Below are positions 36,338 to 50,600 of a stretch of 64,000 bases of DNA, piece by piece (within the stretch, counting starts at the first letter, position 1; each line of letters opens with the position of its first letter). The translations under genes were made by a program, and so were the position numbers. This DNA comes from Camelus dromedarius. Its lineage: Eukaryota. Location of the stretch: positions 109,122,001-109,186,000 of the forward strand of contig NC_087437.1 in assembly GCF_036321535.1 (NCBI RefSeq), written 5' to 3'. The notes under the pieces were generated by a model. It had not been told where the DNA came from, ran no database searches, and saw only the letters and a program-made list of their open reading frames with translations.

Positions 36338-39300
36338 GTCTTCTACCCATTTTTAAGCAGCCTAAGGGGAAAATAGAGGAGAAGAGGACAGGTCAGCTGA
36401 AGAGCTGTCCTTTAGGACACCTGGCTAGGAGGCATTCACATTTCCATGGGCAGAGGTATCCTTGAACTTATGGTCTCTAGTCTTTGTCCCGGTGTCTGGC
36501 CCCCGTTATTACATGCCCTACCTTATCTATTGGCAATGTCTCATTGGCAAAGAACAACTCACATCTCTGTGCTCTTTAGGGGATTATTATTGGCCATTAT
36601 TTTCTGGCGTGTACACTTGGTTATTATTTCCCTGTGTGGACCTTACAAAATCAGAGCCAGATCTCTTTTCTGTGCTTTCAGCTAAAGGTAGTTTGGCAGT
36701 TTTCTAGAGAAATTCATCATAAAAAATTTGTTCTGGAGGAAACGCATTTTTTGCTTAATCTGCTGGTCATTTTTATCTCCATTTTTATTTTGAAAACTCA
36801 ACTTATTAATACCATCTTGAAGCACTGGGAAACATCCATCCTGCATGTTTACAGACCATGCACATATTCCCATAATTCAGTGTATAGAGCGTCCTTGTTT
36901 TGGACTTAACCTGAATGATGTTAATGACTGGCAGTGTTGGCCTAGCCTCTGATGATAGATTAATCACCATATAAGCAATGCAGGGGGTTGGCCATCTTTT
37001 TATTTCCATATCCCTGAAGTGGAAACAAATATTAAGGTGATCCTAAAGAAGGTAGAAAATGTGCTAGCACTGTTGTTTCCCTAAGTCTGTCACTAAGACC
37101 GTTTTGGATTGGGTTTAGATTGTCAAGGCTCTTGAATTGTCTGCATTTACTAATCTCTGGAGATAAGTGGGAAACTAGGAGAAGACGAATGTACAATCGA
37201 CATAAGGAAGTTTGGCGCCTAGCCAAGTGGATGGAATTACATTTATCAGGAGGGTCCTGCTGTTTAATTCACAGGCACAGATGCCCACATTCATCTGCGA
37301 CATGAAGTCAGCTTTCTAATAAGTGTTGTCTTCCTTAAGGTTTCTTTCTCTTACTCTTTTCTCCTTGCTCAAATTTGAGAGTCATCGTCTGCAGATCCGA
37401 GAGAGGTGATTTTTCACTTGCCTTCATTCAAAACAGGAGAGGGCATGAGTTTTGGTTCCAAATGTTTGATGTTGGTATTATATCCTTTATCAAGTATTCC
37501 TGGAAGAAAGTGTAATGGCTTTACTTTACTTCACAGCCATCAGATACATTAAATCCAGTGAATCTTGGTAAATTATTAAACAATTATTGATTTTGCTCTG
37601 GTGAACATCAAGATGTATTGATTTTCACCCCAGTCAATAGTTTCCAAAGGCATAATAAATCTTGATGTTTATTGAAACATGCATGTTAATCTCAGTGAAT
37701 GTGTAGGCGCAGATATCTATATCTATATCTATATATGTCTCTCTCTCTATATATATCAATGCTTAGATATTTATATTGTATTTCTTCTAAACATACTTAT
37801 AAAAAACTATAATCCCCCAAAGATCTTATTATTTTTGCCTTACTTGTTCATTAATTATTCCTTTATTCTTTAAATTTTTAACCTCATTTATCTTTCCCTC
37901 GGTTGATAATAGTAAGGGAAACTAAGGCTTGTGAAGGAATGTATTTGTCTTTTACAAACTAATTGGGGTTAATCTTCCTAGTAAGCTTGTAATTTATTGC
38001 AAAGGACATCTTGCTTTCTGTCTCCACTCATGTCAAGTTTCAATGCAACAATGAGAATAAGATGGTATGAGAATGGCCAAATTCACTTTTCACAAAGAGT
38101 GATCTTCAAATGCTTTGCACAGAGATTAAGGCCAATGTGGAGAAAGTAACAGCTCCCATCCTTCTGATGCATATTTAAAGCTAAGAACTTAAACATTAAG
38201 ATTTTATGTTCATATTATTTTTGTCTCTCTACTTTGAGCCAGTATGACGCCTGATAAAGTGCATCAATGTAATTTGCAGACACTACATGGGAACGAAAGA
38301 AAAGCCATTCTGAACTTAAATATATGGGTTTTCATGAAGCTTTTAGAGTTAAGATAACCTTTACACTTTAGGCATCTAATATAAAGTGGAATTATGTTTA
38401 AAGCACTTTGGGAAGCAAAGTGTTGTTCCTGTGGAAAAGAGGAGTAGACAGCAAATTTGTTGATGGCTTCTTTTTTCTTTCTTTTTCTTGCTGTGTAAAA
38501 ATTTGGATTATAACACATATCTATATAAGAACCCTTTTCCCCCTCTGAATATCCACAGGGATCAGGAGATGTGCCATCAAAATGTTTTGCTGGCTCTCCT
38601 GCAGGGTCCCCAAGATGATCATTTTCTTTGTGGTGACAGACTTACTTTGACTTGGATCTGGAGTGGCTCTGCTGTTTCATTGAAGGAGCAAAGCAGACTA
38701 GCCTTTTGTGTGTCCTTGCTCATTGTTTATGAAATGGCTCATGTTGGAGCTGTGCTTCATTCCCAGCTCTCGGCAAAGAGTGAGAAAAATGGTGAGGAAA
38801 GTGAAGTTTGCTTTTGATACCCAGAGCATCCATTGTGTTCCACTTCATTCCACACCTCAACATCCCCTGCTCCATGGTTAATGCTCTTATGCTCCTATTT
38901 ATTATGCTAATATTATTACCTATTAGTATGTTTTATCTTATAAATAAATATTATTAAAAGTAAGTAAATTATTAGAATTATTAAAAGTAACATTTTGATA
39001 TGAGTAATGTAAATGGAAGCTGATGTGTGATTTTTATAATTAAAACAATACTATTTATTTAAATTATACAATGGAAGTTGTTCTTTACAAAAAGGAATTT
39101 TAACAGTAGCAGCAGATAGAGAGATACTTGGGTATAAGGGACTTTTAGCAATGATATGACTGATATGACTGGTTTCAGCAGCTGCTTTGATCTATATGGT
39201 TTTGCCTTGAGACCTCTGGAACTGGCACGTCTAGGCTTCCTCCTCTCTGGGTTCTTTCAGTTATGTTCATGATAAGGATTTTATGAAGAAAAGAGTATAG

Positions 39301-39499
39301 TGTGGAACAGCACAGACAGCACTGCAGGGTGGGAAGAACCCAGGGCTACTTGCCAAGAGACTCAGGTTCTTCTGTGTGCTTAATATTAGTTGTATGATTT
39401 TGGCAAATCACTTTTCCCACCTGGATATTGCTGTTTTCATCTGTAAAATGATGACAGAGTGATGGTGATGATGAAGAAGAAGATAAAGACGATGATGAT

Positions 39500-39905
39500 G
39501 ATAGAAACTAACATTTACCAAGCACTTACTAGATGCCAGGCAGTATTCTACATGCTTTAACAAAAATGAATTCATTTAAATTTTTTTAAATTGTTTATTA
39601 TTTATTTATTTATTTAGGTTTTTTGGGGGGGAGGAGGAGGTATTTAGGTTATTTATTTATTATTTATTTTAATAGAGAAACTGGGGATTGAACCCAGGAC
39701 CTTGTGCATGCTAAGCATGCACTCTACCACTGAGCTATATCCTCCCCACTTATTTAATCTTTACAACATCCTAATGAAGTAGGTACTGCTTATCTCATTT
39801 TACAGATGAGGAAACTGAGACATAAAAAGGTTAAATATTTCTTACGGTCACACAACAAAGACAATGTTAGAACCATGTGGACTGGCCCCAGGGCTCTTGT
39901 TCTTG
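39500..39905 (-). mobile_element. MIR SINE split by a camelid SINE
   Basis: 'ctaacatttaccaagcacttactagatgccaggc' and 'ctcattttacagatgaggaaactgagac...aggttaaat...ggtcacaca'. Confidence 0.8.
39581..39747 (-). mobile_element. tRNA-derived camelid-type SINE (vic-1-like)
   Basis: The minus strand reads 'ggggaggatatagctcagtggtagagtgcatgcttagcatgcacaaggtcctgggttcaatccccagt' (A and B boxes), then (AAAT)n, 'aacctaaat', a C-tract and an A-rich tail. Flanks 'tcatttaa' and 'ttatttaa'. Confidence 0.88.
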
Positions 39906-41375
39906 ACAATGGCTAAAGTCCCTTTAAAGTTTATGATGCTATTTTATAGAAAGGTCACATCTGTGAGAAAGTAGGTGAGACAATATATCTCAATGGCCTT
40001 GAAGCCTATTTAATAACCACAACCAGAAATAAATTGTGTTTCAGGAATATGTATCTTTACATCATCTATCTATTTATCTGTCATCTATCTAATATCTGTT
40101 TTAAAGTTGGAATCAATTTGCTCAAGCTACTCTCAAAAATTCTAGTGCCTAAATCATGGCTCTTAATAGAAATGAATAATTAAACCCTGTTGCTAACCAC
40201 TGCTGAGGTGTACTATCGAATCATTTTTCCTCTAATGGCTGTTGGTATCACTAAAATAACTTTTATTTAAGAAGGGAAAACAACAACAGAAAGAAGGGCA
40301 GAGCCTTCAACTCCATTAAAACACTAATGACATGTAGTAACATCACCTCGTTTTGAAACTGTTCCCTCTGAGAGGCTCTGAGTGCCCTCTAATTGTGATC
40401 TTATTCATTCTTGTGTTACTTCTGTTATTTACATATTATTTATAGATTTGAGCTAATTCCTTCTCTGTTCTCTCTGTTGTAGCCTTAGCGTCTGTGTAGT
40501 CTGGTGATACGGTTGTATACGAGCCTTCTCTGCAGGTGGTTTCCCTGTCCCCACCATCTCTGTTTCTTCAGCATCTCAGAGTTGAAAGTTCTCCTTTATA
40601 CTGTGACTAAAGGGGAAGAGAAGTTGTTGAAATGTTCCCCTTTCTTCAGGAATGAAGAATCTAGGTTCATTTAGTGAAGGTCTTAGTGACAGCCTGGTTT
40701 ACTTGCTGAAAGCTTCAGCATTCTTTTAATGCCTTAGAGTATCGATGTGGTAAAAATCATCCACTGAAAGGATGATTTCCTGTTAGTTTTCCTGGAGGCA
40801 TCTGTAGGATTTCTTTGAGAATTAGTATGGACCTAAATGCCTTATGTACACCTTTTCAATGAATTGCCACTTTCACTCCATTTGGAAGTTGGTGCTTGGA
40901 AACATGAAAACAATGTAAGAAACATTTGCAACTTTATACTTAGAATGATATATAAATGTACACATTTCAATCACATACTAAAATTAAATCTAAGAGCTAA
41001 AGAAGTCTGTTAATTTGCCTAGAAAGAGAGGTCAAAAAGAAAGGATGAGTTTACTAAAAAAAAAAAAAACAAACACAAACACAAAGTAAGTCTGTGGCTA
41101 TTACAGGGTCTCGCAGTTATGATCATATCTTTGAAAATATCTAGTCAGCATCTCTGTATCTTTTCTCATAACGTCTCATCAATATAAGAGAGAAGAAAGC
41201 CTTCTAACTTACGTCATTGAAATACAATTGATGGCCATAGACTCCAATTGCTTTGCTGCATGCTTTTCTGGGAGCAAAGGGGTAAGTATGAAAATAGGCC
41301 AAGACTAAGGTCGACACCAAGATAGAGCTTGACTATGCACAAACAGGAAGACAGGTCCTGTGTGCAGCAGCATTC

Positions 41376-41585
41376 ACAGTTGTGCTGGCCAGTATGGTAG
41401 CCAATAGCCTCACTGGGCTGCTTCAATTTAAATTAATTAAAATTAAAGATAATTAATAGATTAGTTCCTCCCTCATGCCATCCATGGTTCAAGTGGTCAA
41501 TAGCCATATGTGGTTAGTGGATACCATATTGGATGGTGCAGATAGAGAACATTCTCTCATTGCAGAAAGTGCTTTTGACCAGGAG
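41376..41585. mobile_element. MER3/MER33-type hAT-Charlie MITE
   Basis: 'gtgctggccagtatggtagcca...aatttaaattaattaaaatt...caagtggtcaatagccatatgtggttagtggataccatattgga...gcagaaagt'. Confidence 0.8.
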
Positions 41586-42394
41586 TAGTTTAGAGTCAGA
41601 GCTTTAACTGCTGGAAAGTAAGTAATTTCTAACTGATTTGAAAGTAGGGGATTACCTGGACCACTGGTTAATTAGTTCAAGTGTCATTAATTAAAATTTG
41701 GCTAGGGGTACAAGAGGGGTGACCAGAACATGTTATGGAGGATTGCTCTTTCCTGCTTTATTTTTGACCTAAAGCTGGCAGAAGGTGACCTTTTTGGAGG
41801 GGAAGGAGATGGGAACTTTGATTTCTTGTCTTTCTCCTTCCTTTGGAACCTCCTCTTGACTCAGATGTGAAGTTTAAAATGTTTCTTCCTCTTCTGCATC
41901 CTATTTTAATATGCTACCACTTTAGAAATTCTCATATCTAGTTTTTATGAAGATTGATGTGTCTTCACATAGGTCTTGACCATAAGTTTAATGCTATATG
42001 TCTCAGGCTTTCTTGTCTGAAAATGTACTTCATTGAACCCTCTGTCTGCCTCTAGCTGTCTTTTTCAGGGAGGGGATCTCCCTGGGGTCTGCCACTCCAG
42101 ATTAAGAAGCCCAGCTGTCCCTACAGTAAAAATGCCACACTGTGGTTATAAGTATAAGAAGACTTAGCAGAGGTGACAAAGCTGCTGTAAATATATAATT
42201 GCTTGAATCAAAATCAAGGAACAAGGGGTGGGCTTGGAAAGGAAGATGGGAGTGGATTTCTGGAAAACTTAAATGGCTTGTAGGATCTTTGCCCTTGGAA
42301 GTTTTCAATCAAAGAAGCTGAATACTTGTTGAACATTTCTTACCTCATCAATTACAATCACCTCCAAATAGTCTCCTGTCCTTAACATTGATCA

Positions 42395-42839
42395 TGGTGG
42401 TTTTCCAAACGATATGTCCACATCCTAATCCCTGGGACCTATGAATGTAAATTTACTTGGAAAAAAGGTCTTTGCAGATGTAATTAAGATCTTGAGATTG
42501 TCCTGGATTACCTGAGTGTGCCCTAAATCTGATTCCAAGTGTCCTTAGATGAGGCAGAAGAGGAAATGTAGACATACAGGGAGGAGGCTGTGAAGATGAA
42601 GGCAGAGACTGGAGTGATACAGCCAGAGGCAAAGATGCTGGCAACCGCCAGAACCAGGAAGAAGCAAAGGATGGATTCTCCCCTAGAGCTTCCAGTGGGA
42701 GTGTGGCCCTGTGCACACCTTGATTTCAGACTGTTGGCTCAGATTTCTGGCTTCCAGAACTGTGAGAGAATCAATTTCCGTTGTTTTAAGACACCAAGTT
42801 TGTGACAACTTGTTATGGCAGCCACAGGAAACTCATACA
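42395..42839 (+). mobile_element. MLT1C/D solo LTR
   Basis: 'atatgtccacatcctaatccctgggacctatgaatg', 'ggtctttgcagatgtaattaag', 'ggattctcccctagagc', 'ccagaactgtgagagaat...gccacaggaaactcataca'. Confidence 0.88.
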
Positions 42840-43269
42840 GATCCGCTCTGATGTATCCTCCAAACCACTTTTAGAATGATCTCATTTAAGACATAAATCT
42901 TATGCAAAATATAAAGTTCAAGTGTTTTGGAAAAGCTTCCAAAGACCCCTTGATTTGGTCTCTGCCTGCCTTTGTCCCTGAATAACTCTCGGTACCCCTG
43001 TGACTTTTAATGAGATCACTTCTTTGTTCCCTGGACACACTGCCAGTTTCATCCCACTGTGTCTTTGAACACAGTTCTTATTATCTGTAATGTCCTTCTG
43101 AGCCTTGTCCATCTGTTGTAATTCTTGATCTTTCAAAATCCTACTCAGAGTCCCTGTACCCATGAAAATACGACACTGATGTTACTCCCTCCTTATCCAT
43201 TATCACCTCTGCGTCTTGAATATACACCCATATGACACAGTGCTTTTCTGCAGCCATCCATTCAATAAT

Positions 43270-45580
43270 TTAAAAATTAATTTTTAATAAGTAATGCATT
43301 TATATGTTTCAAAAATAAAAATGATTTAAAAAGTATTCATGGAGAAGACTTGCTCCCATTCTTACCCCCACCCACCTTGTCTCTCCCCAATCCCTATAGA
43401 TAAGGGAATATTTTAAAGTAATTTGTCTTTTTATGCATACATTTTCTGTATCAAAAGGCAGCACACTATATGCATTGTGTTGAACCTTACTTTTTCTGCT
43501 TAGTAGTATATCCTAGAGATCTTTTTCTCATATCATTCATTATACAGAGATCTTTCTCACTCCTCTTTTTTATGGATACATGCTGTTCCACTGAGTAGAT
43601 GACCCTGGGTAATTTAACCAGTCCCCAATCGTTGAACCCTTGGTTTGTTTCCATTATTTATTATTATATATAATGTGCTAATGAGAACTTTTGTAGGTAT
43701 GTAACTTCATAAGTATGTAAGCGTAGGATAGATTTCTAGAAGTGAGATTTCTGGGCCAAATGGCAGGTGTAAATGTAATTGTACTAGACATTGCCAGATT
43801 TTCCCCCATAGGCATTGAACCATTTTGTATCTCACTGACAATGTATAACTTGGCCTGTGGGCATAACTTAGCAATACACAGTGTTGCACTCTTTTGTATT
43901 TTTGCCAACATGATTGGTGAATGTAATAGATTCTTATTGCTGCATAACAAAATACCACAAACTTAGTAACACAACACGCACTGATTATCTCATGGTCTCT
44001 GTGGATCAGCAGCCCAAAGGTGGTTTAGCTGGGTCCTCTGTTCAGGCACTAGGTCTGCAACTAAAGCATTGTCTGGGGCTGCAGTCTCATCTGAAACTCA
44101 AGGTTTTCTTCCAAGTTTGTGTGGTTGTTGGAAGTACTCAGTATCTTATATTTGCAGAACTGAGGCTTTTTGTATCGATGTCACACACAGTTCTCAGCCA
44201 TGGGACTCTACAGACAGGTCACATCACAGTAGCTTGCTGCTTCTCTCCCGCCAGCAGGAGATTCTCTTGCTATAGTCTGTTAAGATGCAATCTCATTTTA
44301 TGAAACATAATCATGAAGTGTCATCCCATCTCATCTGTCACATAACATAACCTAATCAAGGCAGTGACAGCCCTCCACTCTTGTCTCATTCTGTTGATGA
44401 GAAGCAAGTCATAGGTCCCACCAACACTTAAGGGAAGGGGATTATGTACGGCCTGAACCTGGAGGATGAAGATCATGGGGCCTTCATAGAAGTCTACCCA
44501 TCACAATGTGAAATGTAGTTCTAATCTGCATTTTAAATTTATGATTATTTTGCACGTTTATGGACATTTGTATTTTTCTAGTGAACTGTCAATAGTCTTT
44601 GTCTATATTTCTCCTAGTTTTTTGTTATTTTTCTCCTAAATTTTTAAGAGCTCTTTATATGTTGGTAAATGCAGGCCTCTGACAGTGATATGGATACATG
44701 TAGTTTCCTCCATCTTGCGCTTCTTATGCTGTTTTTGAATGTAAAGTTTATGCATGTTTATGTGATTGAACTTATCAATCTTAAACTTTTCACTTCTTAT
44801 TTCTGAGTCATAGCTCTAAAGGCTACTTCCATTTTGTGGCTTTAAAAGAATTCAACCATGTTATGATTTTATGTTTTACACCTAAACCCTAAATCCATTT
44901 GGAAGTTTTCTTTGAACATGGGGTTATTTATGAATTCAATAGTATCATTTTCCAAATGTACATTTGTTTGCCCCCAACATTATGCATTTAAGCTTATGAT
45001 TATCACCACAGATTTAAGCACTACTTTTAACATGTACAAAATTCACATATAAATTGGAACCTATTTGTGGAATTTGTCTTCTCATCTTTGGTCTGTTATA
45101 TATGTTCCAATACCACACTATTTTAATTATTAAAGTTTTATAGTGTATTTATTGGCATATAAGTCTTCTCTATTTCAGATAGTTCCTGGTTATTGTTCCT
45201 GGTTTATTTTTCCATATGAACTTTAGAATTAGCTTATTTAATTTCAGAACAAAATTTCTTTTTTATTATTCTTATTGGGATTGTTAAATTTATGAATTAA
45301 CCTAGAGAGAATTGACATTTTTATGGTATTATGTCTTTTTATCTATTAACTTGGTATATCTTTCAATTCATTCAGGTCTTCTGGGTCTCCCAGGAATCTA
45401 TACATTTTTTTTTTCTCATATTGTTTTTACACATCCCTTGTTAGATTTATACCTAGGTATTTTGTCTTTTTCAGAATTATTGTTGCCATTAGAAATGGAT
45501 CTTTTCCATTATATCTTCTAAGTGTTGTTTGTATACATGAAAGCTATTGATTTATATTAATTTTACATATGACTACATTA
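43270..45580 (-). mobile_element. Old L1M, antisense, split by an MLT1 LTR at 43922-44505
   Basis: 'tttaaccagtcccc', 'gtaggatagatttctagaagtgagatt', 'ccaataccacactattttaattatt', 'tttccatatgaactttagaattagctt'. Confidence 0.7.
43922..44505 (-). mobile_element. MLT1 (E/F/G-like) solo LTR
   Basis: 'ttattgctgcataacaaaataccacaaacttag', 'ttagctgggtcctctg', 'gaagcaagtcataggtccc', ends 'gtctacccatcaca'. Confidence 0.75.
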
Positions 45581-45589
45581 ATATTTAGA

Positions 45590-45925
45590 AAATATTTATT
45601 GCGTGCCTAACATGTAATGGTTTCTGCACAAGAGCTGATTTCACAATACACAAAATAGTGAAGGCCCTTGCCCCTAGTGAGCTAAGGCATAGTGGAGGAG
45701 GCAGAAAGTAAACACATAAGCAAACAAATAAGTGTATAATGACTATTGTGATCAATGCTATGAAGACAATGAAGACTGTTTAGTAATAAATAATAATTAT
45801 TAAAGTGTGTCTTATCCAATTACAGAAACTTTGAGAGTTTGGTCCATGCTTTATTTATCTCTAGGTCTCCAGGGTCTAGTGCACTGACCAGGAAACAAAA
45901 GGCAGTATATATTTATTGAACTGAA
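45590..45925. mobile_element. Two L2 3' fragments in opposite orientations
   Basis: Antisense 'atatttattgcgtgcctaacatg...ggcccttgcccctagtgagct' and sense 'gctttatttatctct...tagtgcactgac...tatttattgaactgaa'. Confidence 0.55.
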
Positions 45926-47294
45926 TAGAACTCACTTACTTTGAGCTTAGGAGAAATAATGTTTTAATTCTGTTAACGTGATGACCATACAGCCAGGTTT
46001 TTCAAACAATTTTATATTTTAAATATTCTCTATAAATGTATTATCACACCACAGGTCTTAAGAATTTGTTTGGAAATTGGCCACCACAGTTACAGCTTTT
46101 GTCCAAAGAGTCTTTGCATATCTCAGGTCCATATGCAGAGTAAACCCTTAGTCCTCAGCATGAGTGTTTTGAAGATAGGTTAGCTGAAAGGGATACCCCT
46201 ATGTAAAGTTCTGATTGAGGTATCAAAGTCAAACTAGTTTATGAAGCCTACTTAGAGCTTGTGTGTTTCCAACCACAGGTGTTAAGGCTTACATCTTTTA
46301 TGCCAGTAGGCAAGAAAGAGGATGCTTTAACAGAGAGAATTCTATTTATATGTATAGGCTTTTCATTGTTGTTTCACTTTCCCTCTCCAAATATTAATAA
46401 AAGGCAAGTCAAGAACCTAGGGTTTAGTCTGTTAATTTTTTATTTATAGTCTTATGACTCTGGCCAACTTATACCAGCTTAAAGGAATATGTAAAATCTG
46501 CAAAGTTATAGACATTGGAAAGAATGAGAAAGAAACGGAATGAAAAACAAAGTTGGAGACATAAGACAGACTTGCTATTAATAGGCTCCAGTTTGGGCTC
46601 TTATCTGTTAGAAAACATACTGAGCATTAACACAATTTACAGTTCAATTAAGATTTAAAAAATTCATAATAATAGCAGAAATATATTTGGTGCTTACTCT
46701 GTTCCAGCCACCATGGTAAGCTTTTAAAAATGCACTGCTTAATTTAGTCCTTGCAGCAAATATTTGATAAGATAGGCACTAATACAACTCTGTTTTACAG
46801 AAGAAGAACAGCTATTACTGATATTAAGACAAGAAAGGAAATTATTGAGAAGAGTCTTATAAGGAAGATACTGTGCAAGAAATGAGCAATACTGCTCACG
46901 ATATCTGTACAGTGGCTACTGCAGTGAGTTTCACATCTGCCTTTTGTAGCATCCTTTGATCTAATGGCCTCATGCTGAGCTCACAATGGTTCTACAAGGT
47001 GGCCAATGCAATGAATCAAGCTCTTCTGGTAGAGCATCACTCAGGGATGGATTTAGGAATATTTGGAAGAATACAGTGTTTGAATGTCCTGTAGGCAATT
47101 CTTTAAAAATGTTACATATTCTATTTAAGTGATAGTTAGAAGTAGGATGTGTTGACTTCAAGATGGTTTTAAACTTTGGAAAGGAAACTGTGGGTGAAAA
47201 CCAGTGCTTAAGTCTGGCCACCCTTGACCTGTAAGCATGACTAGTAAACCTTCTTTTCCAATGAAAGGCTGTACCAGGTAGATGAAAAGAGGTG

Positions 47295-47651
47295 TTTCAA
47301 TTAGGTAATGCTACGCTGTGCTGTGGTAACAAGTAAGTCCCTGAACTGCAGTGACTTTGTATAAAAAATTCTTATTTCCTCTTGTATAAAGTCCAATTGC
47401 ATCTGACAGCTCTTCCATCTTGTAGTAATGCCCCCTGGAGCAAACAGCCTCCCAGGGTCAATGTAGCAGGGGAAAAGAGCAATTCAGAAAAGGAACACCC
47501 ATTCTTACCTTTCTTGGCTGGGAACTGGCATATTGTCTTTGCTCATGTTCTACTGATAAGAATTAGTCACATGACACTATTCTGATGTATGGGTTTGGGA
47601 AATATGGAGAGGCACATGGATATTTAGTGAGCACTGACCATCTGTGCCACA
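47295..47651 (-). mobile_element. Old MLT1 (J/K/L-like) LTR
   Basis: 'gctgtggtaacaag', 'tttgctcatgttctactg...aattagtcacatgac', ends 'tctgtgccaca'. Confidence 0.6.
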
Positions 47652-50600
47652 GAAGGAATAAGGGCTTTCTTCTGGGAATTTCTCTCCTTCTGTCTTTCTT
47701 CTTTCTTCTTACCTCTTTAGATCTCTGATACCATGAAACAATATCCTTATGATTCCAGATTCCCCGTCTTCAGGCACTCAGTTCAGACAAGAAGTGGTGT
47801 CTAAGAGGGTGAGCAAAGAGACAGAAAAGTAGGAAGGCGAGAGAAAAGGGAGAGGACATCCCTTCAACTGTCACTTCTCATCTCTCTACGGCTGGTTCCC
47901 ATCTCCATTCCTCACAACCCAGCTCTGGCTGATGGTTGCAAGGGGGAAGGAGATTAAAGAGAAGAGAGAGAATCCATTCTACTGCTTCTAAGGGACCTCT
48001 GTTATTTCTTTTCCTTCGAATCCCTTTCTTTTACCTTTATTTAAAAGCATTTATCCCATAAACACATATTTTAGCACATTCTGTGAGCAAGTCATGAATA
48101 GGCACTGGGTATCCAGAAATGCACAACGTGGTGGCACTGGGCTCCAGGGACTCTTGACTTGTGGATGAACGCCAAGAGCTGCAAAGTGGAAATAAAAAAT
48201 TCAAAACCAAGTGAACAAATAAGTGATTGATTTAATGCTTGATTGAATAGGATACTCAGGGCTTCCACCTTGTGTGAAGAGAGAAGAATCTATGAGAAAG
48301 GAGGCTTGTCTTGGGGCAGTACTGAGTTGGAAAGCGAGCAAGGAAAGGCAAAGGGAGATGCGGAAGTTGCCAATTTCATCATCACCCATTATCTCCAGTC
48401 TCCTTCTTCCCTCCCCTCTAACCCTTAGCCCACCCTTCTCTTACCTCACAATGCAAGTCCTGATCCTTCTCCTCACAGCCCTGCTCTAGCATCTATTCCT
48501 CAACCCTCTGGTGTCTGCACATGAGGTGGAGGCAAGGAACATTCCTATTTTCGGTCTTGGTCCTACAGGAGATGTGTCTGTGTAGCTGGCATCCCAAATT
48601 GGAATTAAGACTTGATCCCATTTTTTAAAAATAGAAACTTTACAATACAAAGTGAAAAGGTGGAGTATGTGTTTGCTGTGTGTTTATTGCATATGTTAGG
48701 GTACTTTAGGATATAAACACAGTTTTGTCATGTAGTCTGAAGACCTAATTGCCGTTTATAACATTATTTTCTTGGCAGAGATGATGTAAGAGGTGATTAA
48801 GTCTCAGAGCAGCAATTGACCTAAATGATCTCTGAGGCTCTTTCCAACCTGTGGATGCTATGAATGTGTGGGAATATATATATGTGCTCTAACTTCTAAA
48901 TGAGAGGTTCAAAATGAGCCTTTGGAACCTGTCAGTAATTAAGAGGGAGATTGCCTGCAATGTAGCAAGTTCTGATTCCTTCAATTTCTCTTCATTCTTG
49001 AGTTTTCACCTATAAATTACTCTCTTTTTTTTTCTCCTACTCTTTCTGCATATTAACACAGCATTCCTTAATCCCAAATGGCTGCTATTTGATTTAAGCA
49101 GTTCTGAATCTTCACTATTTCATTAAGTGAAATAAATATAATCTCCAACAGGGTGGAATACACTTCTGAATGAACGACAAGGGAATATTTCATTAATTTG
49201 CTTCTAAATCTTTGCAATCATGTACATTAAAATGTTTGACTGATTCTTTTCCTCTAATAAAATGAGAAGTGGTTGTTAATTTTTTATCACTCCCCTAAAT
49301 AAACTGTACCATTCCTAATGGACGTCTAACTAGAATTAATCTCAAACAGAAATCATTAGTAACATGTAAAGAGGATTTTATCAAGAGGTATATTTTCCTG
49401 AAGGTAGTTTACATTTGTACTCAATCACTTTGGGCTCTCTACCACAAATTTCAATTCTTTTAAAGAAAAAAAAAAACTTATATACAACTTGGGCATAATA
49501 ATATTGGCTAGAATAAGACTTGCAGAGATCATTAAAATCATCCCCTGCTTCCTTTCAGACGAATAAGAATTCATTCTGAAATTTCATCCGCTCAAGGCTT
49601 AGGACTTCACAATCTCCTTTGGTAACCAATTTTAATATCTAACACTATTTTACATCAGGATTTTTTTGTCTCATAGAACTGAAATACCTCTTGACATTTT
49701 TCTCTTTTTCAAACCTTAAGAAAAAAGGTAAATATTTTGTTATGATTCTTCATAAAATTGTGAGTTTGTAGTAAAATTATGAGTTTAAAATTATGACTCT
49801 CATAAACTCATCAAACAAAGGTTTCCTTCTTTTCAATATATGGAATAATTTATAACAGACTTAATTTAAAGAAATGCTAAAGTAGTTGTCCTAAAGCAAA
49901 AGGTTGCCTTTTATCATTTAAAAAAATCAGTTTCTTTAAGATGATCCTTTAACACTTCAAGTTTTACAGTCAGAGCCATGTTTATAAATATGTCATCATA
50001 AATATTTATAAAATATTGAGGACAGGTGCTATCCAAAGATATGAATGTAGAATTTTGATGGAAGTCATTTTTATGGCAGTCTTGTTGAAGGGAATTTCTG
50101 TGGGTCTGGGTGGAGGAAAGAGTTTGTTAATGGCTCTGTTAAAAGGAGGAGGAGGGTGAGTCATTGGCCCAGAGAAGAGGCAAGTAAGGAGGTCACTGGA
50201 GAAAAGGGGCTAAAGGTGAAGCAAAAGACGTATTTTAAGATCATCACCATTCAGAAGGGGAAGTGTATGGGACGTGGACTTTGTACAAAAATGAAGACCA
50301 TTTTGATCCTCGTGAAAAAAGAGACATATGTAGCAGTAGAAAGCAAAACTACAAGCAGGCCATGAGTGAATGACCCATCATCTCTTGGATGCAGGAAGGG
50401 AAAGACCGGCTCAAATGCACACTCTCAAGAATCTCTGTAATGAGCTGAATTTATGGCGGAGTGCAGGGCCGAGGGCACTTATTAGTAAATAACAGGGAGA
50501 GTGTGGTAATGTCCCCACCACTGGCCAATAATCAATCAGAGGTTGGTCTCTGTGTGAAATTCTCCTGGGGGATTGTTAGGAGGAAAACACTACCAAGGCC

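Noticed and set aside
36040..36465. ORFs with MYVC/IHTY/IYLF repeats
   Set aside because: They are translations of the tetranucleotide microsatellite.
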